A stretch of 64,000 nucleotides of DNA from a virus (lineage: Duplodnaviria; Caudoviricetes). Below, piece by piece: positions 55,057 to 62,790 of this stretch; within the stretch, counting starts at the first letter, position 1, and every line of letters starts with the position of its first letter. A program made the position numbers and the translations under genes. The stretch is from positions 32,001 to 96,000 of IMG/VR virus record IMGVR_UViG_3300028888_000067; one strand, 5' to 3'. Under the pieces are notes generated by a model. It was not told where the DNA came from and did no database searches. It worked only from the letters and a program-made list of their open reading frames with translations.

Positions 55057-55741
55057 AGTCACAAACAACGAGCAAGTAGTGTTCAAGTATGTTCTTGACC
55101 ACCCGATATATTACAAATACATAGACAAGTCGTTTTTCAAAAACAAAAGTCTTAGTGCATTGATACTCATTTCAAAAAGATTCTATGACCGCTACAAGGA
55201 GATTCCTTCTGAGCGGCAGATGCTTGCGCTTATACATGATAGTTCTAAGATAGACATTGACCCCGAATTCATAAGTCTTGTCTATTCTATCGACACAGAA
55301 TCATATGACCAAGAATGGCTCAAGGGGACGACTGAAGCTTGGATAAAGTGGAAGCATCTGAACAAGCAGTTAGTCGACAGTATTGAGATTGCTAAAATGA
55401 CAGATGTCAACATAGACAATGTCGATGAAGTCGTGCAGAAAATCGTGGACACGATTGATGTATCCAATGAGGTGAACTTCACGTTTGATGAGGGACTTGA
55501 CTTTTTCAATGCTGACAGCCACTACCAAGACACATCTAAAAAGATACCTTCTGGTTATAAATATATTGATATGATCACAGGAGGCTATGACGAGAAGACT
55601 CTCGTGTGTTATATCGGACAGTCTAACATTGGAAAATGCGTATGCGGAGACAGCAGGATAAGAGTAAGGAACAAGAACACCGGTGAAATCGTCGAGATGG
55701 AAATCGGTGATTTTTATAAAATGATAGCAAACAGAAAGTGA
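55049..55741 (+). CDS. T4 gp41-like replicative helicase N-terminal fragment fused to a split-intein N part
   Basis: F..GLDFF, KIPSG...ID.ITGG, Walker A GQSNIGK, then CVCGDS... and a stop 34 aa later. Confidence 0.85.
   Translation: MDKVTNNEQVVFKYVLDHPIYYKYIDKSFFKNKSLSALILISKRFYDRYKEIPSERQMLALIHDSSKIDIDPEFISLVYSIDTESYDQEWLKGTTEAWIKWKHLNKQLVDSIEIAKMTDVNIDNVDEVVQKIVDTIDVSNEVNFTFDEGLDFFNADSHYQDTSKKIPSGYKYIDMITGGYDEKTLVCYIGQSNIGKCVCGDSRIRVRNKNTGEIVEMEIGDFYKMIANRK
55637..55741 (+). mobile_element. Short N-intein (34 aa) of an atypically split intein
   Basis: CVCGDSRIRVRNKNTGEIVEMEIGDFYKMIANRK: intein block A directly after the P-loop lysine. Confidence 0.8.
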
Positions 55742-55743
55742 TT

Positions 55744-56235
55744 ATGGCTGAACGGATAGATGTAGGCAAACTACGTGGAGCTTATTACAACAACAGCAAA
55801 GACTCATATTCAGACAGCACATCGCTGTCTAACATGAAGCAGAGTTTGTCTTTAGAGAATGACGCACTGCTCGTCAATGGCCCTGATGCGTCGTTCAATG
55901 ATGTGGAGACTATGATCGTCGAACACATAAAAACTATGCCGGTCGCAGACTACAATGACATCTCCAACAAAGACAGCAAGACGCTTGCTGACATTGAAGC
56001 TTACACTAATCTCATAAACGTGATTGCGATGTTCAACGACATCGCTTCTTTGTCTACAATAATACTCATATACTGTGACTATTTCAATCTGAAATACCAT
56101 AAAGTGATAATGGAACTTCCGAATGGCTTGAAGCTTAAACTATATGATGAGCTGAAGATGCACACACGTGATCATTCGATACTAGAAAGCTTGTTCGGGT
56201 TTGAAAGTGGCAGTCACGTAAAAAGACTTTTCTAA
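55744..56235 (+). CDS. Hypothetical protein
   Basis: Operonic ORF; no helicase, intein or homing endonuclease motif seen. Confidence 0.65.
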   Translation: MAERIDVGKLRGAYYNNSKDSYSDSTSLSNMKQSLSLENDALLVNGPDASFNDVETMIVEHIKTMPVADYNDISNKDSKTLADIEAYTNLINVIAMFNDIASLSTIILIYCDYFNLKYHKVIMELPNGLKLKLYDELKMHTRDHSILESLFGFESGSHVKRLF

Positions 56236-57278
56236 TGGCAAAAATCTGGATAATTTCTGACACTCATTTTGGAGTGAAAAACAACTCGAAGAGATGGGAG
56301 GACCTGATGCAGGGATGGATGGACAAGTTCTTTTTCCCATTGTTAGACAATGAAGTTGAAGACGGCGATGTGTTCGTCCATTGCGGCGACATTTTCGACA
56401 ACAGGCAGAGTGTCGGACTTTCTACGATGAACATCTGCATAGGCTTCTTTGAAAGACTTTCAAAATATTTCAAAGAAATGTATCTGCTTTGTGGCAATCA
56501 CGACGCTTACTACACGACGAAGAATGACATCACTTCGCTTGAATGCTTGAAACATATTCCAGGCGTGAATGTGATAAAGACCCCGTTAGTGAAGACTGTT
56601 CTCGGGAAGACTATGTGTTTCATCCCGTGGACAGAAGACACCCGTGTGTTCGAGAAAATAGCTGGCATAGACACGAAACCGGATGTGCTGTTCTGCCATG
56701 CTGAGTTCAACGGATGCATAATGAATTCTTATGGCAGCAAGTCAGAAAACGAGCTTGGCGTCCCAGATGTCTCTAAAATCTATTCTGGACATATACACCA
56801 CAAGCACAAGCACTGCAATGCGACATATGTCGGATCACCATATCAGTTGACTCAGAATGACAGGAACAACAACAAATGCGTGTGGACATTCGATCCGGAA
56901 ACATTAGAAGAACATGTGTATTTCAACACATATTCTCCGGAATTCATAAGAGTGAAATATGAAAGTATAAGTGACATGACATTCGGCGAGTTCAAGAAAA
57001 TGTGCGAGAACCGTTTTGTCGAAATCGAAACAGACTACAAGCTAATGTCAAAGTGCAGATTCCAGAAACTGATTTCTCTGGTGAATGACAACTATGACAT
57101 AAAAGACTTGTCTTTCTATCCGACGAAGAAAGATGAGAATGAAAACCAAGATATAAATATTTCTGATTGCATGTCTATCACTGAAATGCTAGACAAATAC
57201 ATTGATGAAATGGTTGTTTGCGATCCAGCAACGAAAAAGTCTGTAAGAACAATTGCAAAAAAACTTATACATGAATAA
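56235..57278 (+). CDS. T4 gp47/Mre11/SbcD-like recombination nuclease subunit
   Basis: SDTHFG, GDIFDNR, GNHD, HAE, SGHIH, Y.GSPYQLT.ND. Confidence 0.9.
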   Translation: MAKIWIISDTHFGVKNNSKRWEDLMQGWMDKFFFPLLDNEVEDGDVFVHCGDIFDNRQSVGLSTMNICIGFFERLSKYFKEMYLLCGNHDAYYTTKNDITSLECLKHIPGVNVIKTPLVKTVLGKTMCFIPWTEDTRVFEKIAGIDTKPDVLFCHAEFNGCIMNSYGSKSENELGVPDVSKIYSGHIHHKHKHCNATYVGSPYQLTQNDRNNNKCVWTFDPETLEEHVYFNTYSPEFIRVKYESISDMTFGEFKKMCENRFVEIETDYKLMSKCRFQKLISLVNDNYDIKDLSFYPTKKDENENQDINISDCMSITEMLDKYIDEMVVCDPATKKSVRTIAKKLIHE

Positions 57279-57672
57279 GAGACAAAACCGCGAAGAAATC
57301 GAGTCAGCGTTAGAAATCATTGCCAAAACCGGCGAGCATGTGGTTCATGACGCAGACGAGAACGCACAGATCGGATGGTGTGAGCTGAATATCGGCGACA
57401 CAGTGTATTTCAAGACATTTGATGACGTCAATGATGTGCTCACTGTTTCAAAGGGCGAAATAATCGAAATCATTTCATCAGAAAAGAAAGTGATGAACAA
57501 GCCAGACAACAACATGAAGACAGATGGCTGGCACAGAGAACGGACAATCACATACCGCGTCAGATGGAACGGGATGACTGCAGCCATAGATTCGAGATAT
57601 GTGTTCACAGACAAACTTGACGCGACACTTGCAGCAATCTGCGAAACAGCAAAAACTTATTTCACAGTATAA
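57271..57672 (+). CDS. Hypothetical protein
   Basis: ATG 57271 overlapping the previous stop. Confidence 0.6.
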   Translation: MNKRQNREEIESALEIIAKTGEHVVHDADENAQIGWCELNIGDTVYFKTFDDVNDVLTVSKGEIIEIISSEKKVMNKPDNNMKTDGWHRERTITYRVRWNGMTAAIDSRYVFTDKLDATLAAICETAKTYFTV

Positions 57673-57682
57673 TAATACATTT

Positions 57683-57696
57683 TTTTGTTATATTAA
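57683..57696 (+). promoter_or_regulatory. TTTTGTTATATTAA promoter-like motif
   Basis: Exact 14-mer upstream of the exonuclease. Confidence 0.7.
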
Positions 57697-57707
57697 ACTA
57701 TAACCAA

Positions 57708-58481
57708 ATGAATTGTATTATGACTAGCAAAAACGAGCACATTGTATTTTTCGACATCGAAACCACCGGTGTAGACATCAACGAAGACCGCATTATCCAG
57801 ATTGGACTTGTCAAGACAGACCAGCAACTCAATGTCATCGACTCCATCGAGCAGAAAATCAATCCTGATGGAGTGAAGTCCCGTCCCGAAGCTTTAGAGA
57901 AACACAAGATCACTGATGAAGAGCTGCTCCAGTATCCAAAATTTGGAGAGGTTGTTGACCAGATTCTTGACTTCATGGAAGGGTGTGATCTTGGCGGCCA
58001 CAACATCGTGAAGTTCGACATTCCGTTCTTCATGAAAGAATGCGAGCGTCACAACAAGTATTTCACCATTGAGAAACGCAGACTCATCGACACGAAACTT
58101 CTTGACAACCACTACAATTTCCGCACGCTTGGCAGCATTCACCAAGAATACTGTCCTGACAGTGAGCTTGGATGCGATGAGCACGATGCTCTGTGCGACA
58201 CTCACATGTCAATTGAAGTCTACAAGGCGATGCTAGAAAAACACCAGCCTGATGCTGCTGAAGTCGATGAAGTCGTCGGGAACAACAGACGAATTGATGT
58301 CGCTGGATTCTTCGTCCTTGGCGAGACTGGTGCCGTAGAAATGGGCAAGGGAAAATACGCAGGCAAGTCAGTCGTGATGGTTGACCCGTCTTACTTTGAA
58401 TGGATGATGAAGCAAGACTTTCCAAAAGAGACAATCAATCTTGCTTCTCGGTGCTTGGCTTTCCGCCGTCGCCAGATTTGA
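57708..58481 (+). CDS. DEDDh 3'-5' exonuclease (DnaQ-like)
   Basis: FFDIETTG, GHNIVKFD, IDT, HDALCD; C-terminal GKY.G...DPSY..W. Confidence 0.9.
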   Translation: MNCIMTSKNEHIVFFDIETTGVDINEDRIIQIGLVKTDQQLNVIDSIEQKINPDGVKSRPEALEKHKITDEELLQYPKFGEVVDQILDFMEGCDLGGHNIVKFDIPFFMKECERHNKYFTIEKRRLIDTKLLDNHYNFRTLGSIHQEYCPDSELGCDEHDALCDTHMSIEVYKAMLEKHQPDAAEVDEVVGNNRRIDVAGFFVLGETGAVEMGKGKYAGKSVVMVDPSYFEWMMKQDFPKETINLASRCLAFRRRQI

Positions 58482-58650
58482 TGAACTCTTCAAAAGACAT
58501 GATGGCATGCCCAGGCATCTGCTTGTAAACCCGGGTTTTCTTTCTCTTTGGTCTGGCAATCACATCGCCAGAACCCGGGTTCCCGTTTTCAGGAAACTTT
58601 ATCGGTCCCATAGAACCGGCAGGAACATTCGGATTTAAAGTCTCACACAT
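58435..58650 (-). CDS. Small Gly/Pro-rich protein, probably late
   Basis: SMG...P....PGSGD; IMSFEEFI near the C-terminus; reverse-strand GATAAATA at 58677-58684; fills an intergenic gap. Confidence 0.5.
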   Translation of the reverse strand: MCETLNPNVPAGSMGPIKFPENGNPGSGDVIARPKRKKTRVYKQMPGHAIMSFEEFIKSGDGGKPSTEKQD

Positions 58651-58664
58651 TTTTGTTATATTAA
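58651..58664 (+). promoter_or_regulatory. TTTTGTTATATTAA promoter-like motif
   Basis: Exact 14-mer, 20 nt before ATG 58685. Confidence 0.7.
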
Positions 58665-58684
58665 ATTATAATAATATATTTATC

Positions 58685-59164
58685 ATGGACAAGAATTTGT
58701 TTTACTGTAATTATGAAACTTGCATGTTGTTGAAGCAAAAAGGCTTCAATGAAATGTGTGAAGTTTTTTATGGCGATGCATTTCTCTACAAGGGTGAATA
58801 CATCATCCCAAATCACGTATATGTCTACCGTGTCGAAGGAAAGACGGTTGATGTGGAACATGGTGGATGGCTGTACCATATGACCAACAAGAATTACGAT
58901 GGGTATATGGACGATGATTCTTGCTCTGTCGTGTCACATCCTGTCGCAGTCAAATGGCTGTTTGAGAAAACGGGAATGTTCATATCAGTGAAGCCCTATG
59001 TGACGGCGGAAGGATTTTTCTATTCATGTGATCTGCTTGAATTGAGAAAACTGCAGGATGACATGGGAGTCTACTCTGTGTTGAAGAAAGCTGGTTTTGA
59101 GAAACCAGAAGATGCTTATGAATATGGCATAAAAGAAACATTGAAGTTAATGAAACAAAGTTAG
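58685..59164 (+). CDS. Hypothetical phage protein
   Basis: YE...LLK.KGF.E.C and KWL.EK motifs. Confidence 0.65.
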   Translation: MDKNLFYCNYETCMLLKQKGFNEMCEVFYGDAFLYKGEYIIPNHVYVYRVEGKTVDVEHGGWLYHMTNKNYDGYMDDDSCSVVSHPVAVKWLFEKTGMFISVKPYVTAEGFFYSCDLLELRKLQDDMGVYSVLKKAGFEKPEDAYEYGIKETLKLMKQS

Positions 59165-59191
59165 TCAAACAATTATTATAGAAGATTTATT

Positions 59192-59440
59192 ATGGAAACT
59201 GTTGATGAAACATTTAAACACTGTGATGATTTAATCAAAAACAGCCAAGAAACATTGAAGGAAATGAAAGAGATGGAAAATAACATCAATTTCCTCATCA
59301 ATGAATACAAGACGAATCCAGGTTATTTTAAAGATGATGATGGCCCTGTAACGATTGAAGATGTCATCAAGACAACCTTCAATTTTGCGTGGGCTTCTCA
59401 GAAACTTTATGACTTTAACAAAAACAGAAACCATGAGTGA
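59192..59440 (+). CDS. Hypothetical protein
   Basis: Operonic ORF. Confidence 0.55.
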   Translation: METVDETFKHCDDLIKNSQETLKEMKEMENNINFLINEYKTNPGYFKDDDGPVTIEDVIKTTFNFAWASQKLYDFNKNRNHE

Positions 59441-59789
59441 TTACGTAAGAAACAAAGCGGTAATGTATCCGATTGATGAAAAGCTTGCCAATGATACATT
59501 ATACAATGAAATTGAAGAACCGTTCTTCATCGAATGCTTTGACGACGGAAATAAAATAACTTATTATTTGTGTTATGAGCTTTATCACACTTACGGTGAA
59601 GAATCTGGTGATTTCGGTAGAAGTAGAGTCTTGACCGAAACCGAACAGGAAAAATACAGCAAGCTGTTTTCTGACTACTTGAATATTACAGACACAAAAC
59701 TGTTCAAGTATGTAGACTATTGCTATTACAATGCTTGTGAATGCAATGACTACTATCTGGATCATGATGACTTTTATGATGAAATTTGA
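59433..59789 (+). CDS. Acidic hypothetical protein (start corrected)
   Basis: ATG 59433, MSDYVRNK. Confidence 0.6.
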   Translation: MSDYVRNKAVMYPIDEKLANDTLYNEIEEPFFIECFDDGNKITYYLCYELYHTYGEESGDFGRSRVLTETEQEKYSKLFSDYLNITDTKLFKYVDYCYYNACECNDYYLDHDDFYDEI

Positions 59790-59791
59790 TT

Positions 59792-60016
59792 ATGAGTAAA
59801 ACAAAGCACATGCGGATAACGCCGCGGATAGCGAAGCTCAAGAAACAATATGACAATATCAGCCGGCAAGTTGAAGGAATCATTGTTGTAAGCGAATACG
59901 ACAGATTATTTTATGGATTGCTTGACGAAAAACGGCGGATCATACGCGACAGGATGAATGCGCTTATAGGGTCGGACTATTATGATTTCAAGAAAAAAAT
60001 AATTGTTATTTATTAA
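59792..60016 (+). CDS. Small basic hypothetical protein
   Basis: Operonic ORF. Confidence 0.5.
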   Translation: MSKTKHMRITPRIAKLKKQYDNISRQVEGIIVVSEYDRLFYGLLDEKRRIIRDRMNALIGSDYYDFKKKIIVIY

Positions 60017-60026
60017 ATACAAGAAT

Positions 60027-60731
60027 ATGAAAAGACAGATAAGGCTTGGCACGTTTGAGACGAATTCCAGTTCGACGCACACTATCGCGATAGCGAAACA
60101 TCTGACGAACGACAATATTGACCGGCGTATCGGCAAATACGATTTGTACGACGAATGGGAAGAAGGCGAATTCGAATTCGGCAGGCAGCCGAAAATCGAG
60201 AATTCGGCGGGAAAACGTATCGCCTACGCTGTTCTCGTGTTTCTCAATTATCCTAATGAAATTGTTCCCGTCGAAAAACGACGGGAGTTTTACGGAAAAA
60301 TATACAATATAATCGACCATAATCTGCCGGACAAACCGGAATCCGTTTACGATACTCCGAAAGAGACCGTTATCGCCGGTGTCATGAAACTTATACAATT
60401 CTGTGAATGGGCAAGCTATTGCTGGCTCAACGAATGGACTCCGACATACACAGCGGAAAACGAGATTATAAACCATGAGCATTACGCATATGTCGACCAT
60501 TGCGAAAGCGCGAGAAAATTTTATGAAAAAATAACCACGGACGATTCCGCCCTTGAACGGTTCATAATGGCGAAGAACAGTTTCGCATACGCCGGAGGAG
60601 ACGAATGGAACGGTTATTATATGCCAAGAGTCGGTTTTGAATATGATTACGATGACGACAAGGAGTTTTTCAAAGCGGCGAAATCTATGGCGAAAAAACT
60701 CGATGTCGAGCTTTTTTTCAAAGGAAATTGA
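60027..60731 (+). CDS. ETNSSSTH-motif protein 1
   Basis: MKRQIRLGTFETNSSSTHTIAI; later YVDH. Confidence 0.75.
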   Translation: MKRQIRLGTFETNSSSTHTIAIAKHLTNDNIDRRIGKYDLYDEWEEGEFEFGRQPKIENSAGKRIAYAVLVFLNYPNEIVPVEKRREFYGKIYNIIDHNLPDKPESVYDTPKETVIAGVMKLIQFCEWASYCWLNEWTPTYTAENEIINHEHYAYVDHCESARKFYEKITTDDSALERFIMAKNSFAYAGGDEWNGYYMPRVGFEYDYDDDKEFFKAAKSMAKKLDVELFFKGN

Positions 60732-60759
60732 TAATTTATTACTTTAAAAACTTAATAAT

Positions 60760-61101
60760 ATGAAAAGACAAATTAGAATGGGTGTGTTCGAGACTAATTC
60801 CAGTTCGACACACAGCTTAGCGCTCTTCAACAAAGAGGAGTATGAGAAATTCAAAAACAACGAGACATTGCTTAAGTATGATCTCCAGACTATCTTGACT
60901 GAAGAAGAGTGCAATGCTTTGAAGACAGATGAATACGAGAAGTTCATCCAGCAGAATGATCTTGAAGATGACATGTCAGCTCTTGCAGAATTCGTTGATG
61001 ACTACTACAGCTATGATTCAATGAATGAATATGAGATCCTTGAGGAAGAAGTCCCCGGAACAGATTATGTCGCAGTGTCGTTTTTCTCTTATGAAGGCTA
61101 G
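60760..61101 (+). CDS. ETNSSSTH-motif protein 2
   Basis: MKRQIRMGVFETNSSSTHSLAL. Confidence 0.75.
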   Translation: MKRQIRMGVFETNSSSTHSLALFNKEEYEKFKNNETLLKYDLQTILTEEECNALKTDEYEKFIQQNDLEDDMSALAEFVDDYYSYDSMNEYEILEEEVPGTDYVAVSFFSYEG

Positions 61102-61103
61102 TC

Positions 61104-61355
61104 ATGGCAGTTGCTGAATTGAGGTTTTCAAAAGAAGTCGCAAAACTTCTTTTTGAAAAGTACAAATACCAGACAATTGTGTTTGGAAAGATAAAGCAGC
61201 TTCTGGGCTGTGACAATGACTATGCGAACGATGTCATGGAAGGGAGAGCAGACTTGACTATCAGTGAAGTGTCAGGACTGCTTGGGAAGGAAGAATTCAT
61301 AAGAATCGTCAAACAATTAAATGAAGAAAAATGGAACTCACGAAACATGAAGTAA
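61104..61355 (+). CDS. Small hypothetical protein (possible HTH)
   Basis: Operonic ORF; LLGC.......MEGR.DLTISEV. Confidence 0.5.
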   Translation: MAVAELRFSKEVAKLLFEKYKYQTIVFGKIKQLLGCDNDYANDVMEGRADLTISEVSGLLGKEEFIRIVKQLNEEKWNSRNMK

Positions 61356-62170
61356 GAGAAATCATACAGAAACCCGGAATCGACGGGATGATCGAACACA
61401 TTGACTATTGTGCTGGAGTCTGCTACAACAGGCATGGGCTCAGCAAAGACTCATACAGATTTGTCAGGAGCTTGTATGACAAAAGGCATATGCGGCCGTT
61501 AGAGTTTGGCACAGCGAATCTGGCGATACCGTTCATCGATTTCATCAATGACACCACAGGAAAACTGTACAGCATTCTTGACTCGCCATACACGAAAAGC
61601 TTCTATGACAATAACGACAAGATGCGGTACATCACGACTAACTTCAGAGGCATCTGTGAAGTGTTTGGCAGCTTTGATGACGCTTTAGACTTTGTAAGGA
61701 ACTATCATTCAGAGCAATCATATTTTGTCAGACGGACAGCCGCTTGGAAATGCGCGAGAGTAATCGCTGATGAGTTCCGCACGCACGTCACTCTGTCATC
61801 ACTTATGAAAAGCACAAGATATGTGAATGAGATGAAGAACGGGATGTCATTCACGATTCCGTATTGGTTTGAATATAATGAGAATGGAGAATATCCTGAA
61901 GACAGCAAAGAGTGGCTTTTCTGCAGCCAGTGCGAAGACACTGAAATCCGGTACAACAGATGCATCAATGAGTTTAACATGAAACCACAAGAAGCTAGAG
62001 ACTTCCTTCCACTCGGACTTGAGACTGAACTGTACCAGTGCGGGTTCATTGGAATCGATGGAACCGGATGGAACAGGTTCTTCGAAATGAGGATAGATCC
62101 GGCAGCGCATCCTGATGCACAAGTGCTTGCTACAGAACTGAAAGCTATCTTTGAGAAATCTCCAATGTAA
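61331..62170 (+). CDS. thyX: Flavin-dependent thymidylate synthase (divergent motif)
   Basis: AGVCY, H..PLEFG, STRY, PQEAR..LP, W..FF..R...AHP. Confidence 0.85.
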   Translation: MELTKHEVREIIQKPGIDGMIEHIDYCAGVCYNRHGLSKDSYRFVRSLYDKRHMRPLEFGTANLAIPFIDFINDTTGKLYSILDSPYTKSFYDNNDKMRYITTNFRGICEVFGSFDDALDFVRNYHSEQSYFVRRTAAWKCARVIADEFRTHVTLSSLMKSTRYVNEMKNGMSFTIPYWFEYNENGEYPEDSKEWLFCSQCEDTEIRYNRCINEFNMKPQEARDFLPLGLETELYQCGFIGIDGTGWNRFFEMRIDPAAHPDAQVLATELKAIFEKSPM

Positions 62171-62209
62171 AACCTGCTCATTCTTTTGTTATATACAATA
62201 AAATGAACA

Positions 62210-62710
62210 ATGATGGAAAAGAAGAAAGTGTATCTTGCCTCATCGATGGAACCGCAGTTCCGAGAAAGCATCAAGTATGCTGCTGAGATTCTGCGCCACA
62301 CTTTTGAAGATGTGTATGTGCCAATGGAACATACTATCACAAATGCCTGGGACTACCCGAACAATGAATGGGGACTTATGGTGTTTGAAGATGATATGCA
62401 TGCAATCAACAGATCAGACTATGTCATTGTTCTGAACTATGGCAGGAAGAACACGACTGCAGGCTGTGCTTGGGAAGCAGGATACGCTTTTGCTCTTGGA
62501 AAGAAAGTGTTCATTGTTGATGTCTATGATCCGAAACGGCCGGACATAAAAACGAAAAGTGATGAGACAAGGGAATACTTCAAAGACAAGTTCATCACTT
62601 CACTTATGATTGAGAATGGTAGATACGCTACAATCAATGGACTTTATGGACTTGAATGTTATGACTGGAAAAACTTGCCGCGAGAAAGGACATTATATGA
62701 ACAGAAATAA
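62210..62710 (+). CDS. Nucleoside 2-deoxyribosyltransferase-like protein
   Basis: VYLAS, D..AI..SD.V, G.AWE.GYA.ALGK.V; TTTTGTTATATA upstream at 62184. Confidence 0.85.
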   Translation: MMEKKKVYLASSMEPQFRESIKYAAEILRHTFEDVYVPMEHTITNAWDYPNNEWGLMVFEDDMHAINRSDYVIVLNYGRKNTTAGCAWEAGYAFALGKKVFIVDVYDPKRPDIKTKSDETREYFKDKFITSLMIENGRYATINGLYGLECYDWKNLPRERTLYEQK

Positions 62711-62790
62711 GCTGGATATATAATTTATTGTCTATTACTGAAAAGTTTGCTAGAAGTCATTAGATGAACATTAGAAGCTAAATATAGAAT

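Noticed and set aside
55738-56235. Frameshifted continuation of the helicase, IntC, or homing endonuclease
   Set aside because: No Walker B or helicase motifs, no HN-S/T/C junction, and no LAGLIDADG/HNH/GIY-YIG motif in this ORF.
57152-57159. TATAAATA inside the gp47-like gene
   Set aside because: Intragenic, more than 100 nt from the next start, and expected by chance in AT-rich DNA.
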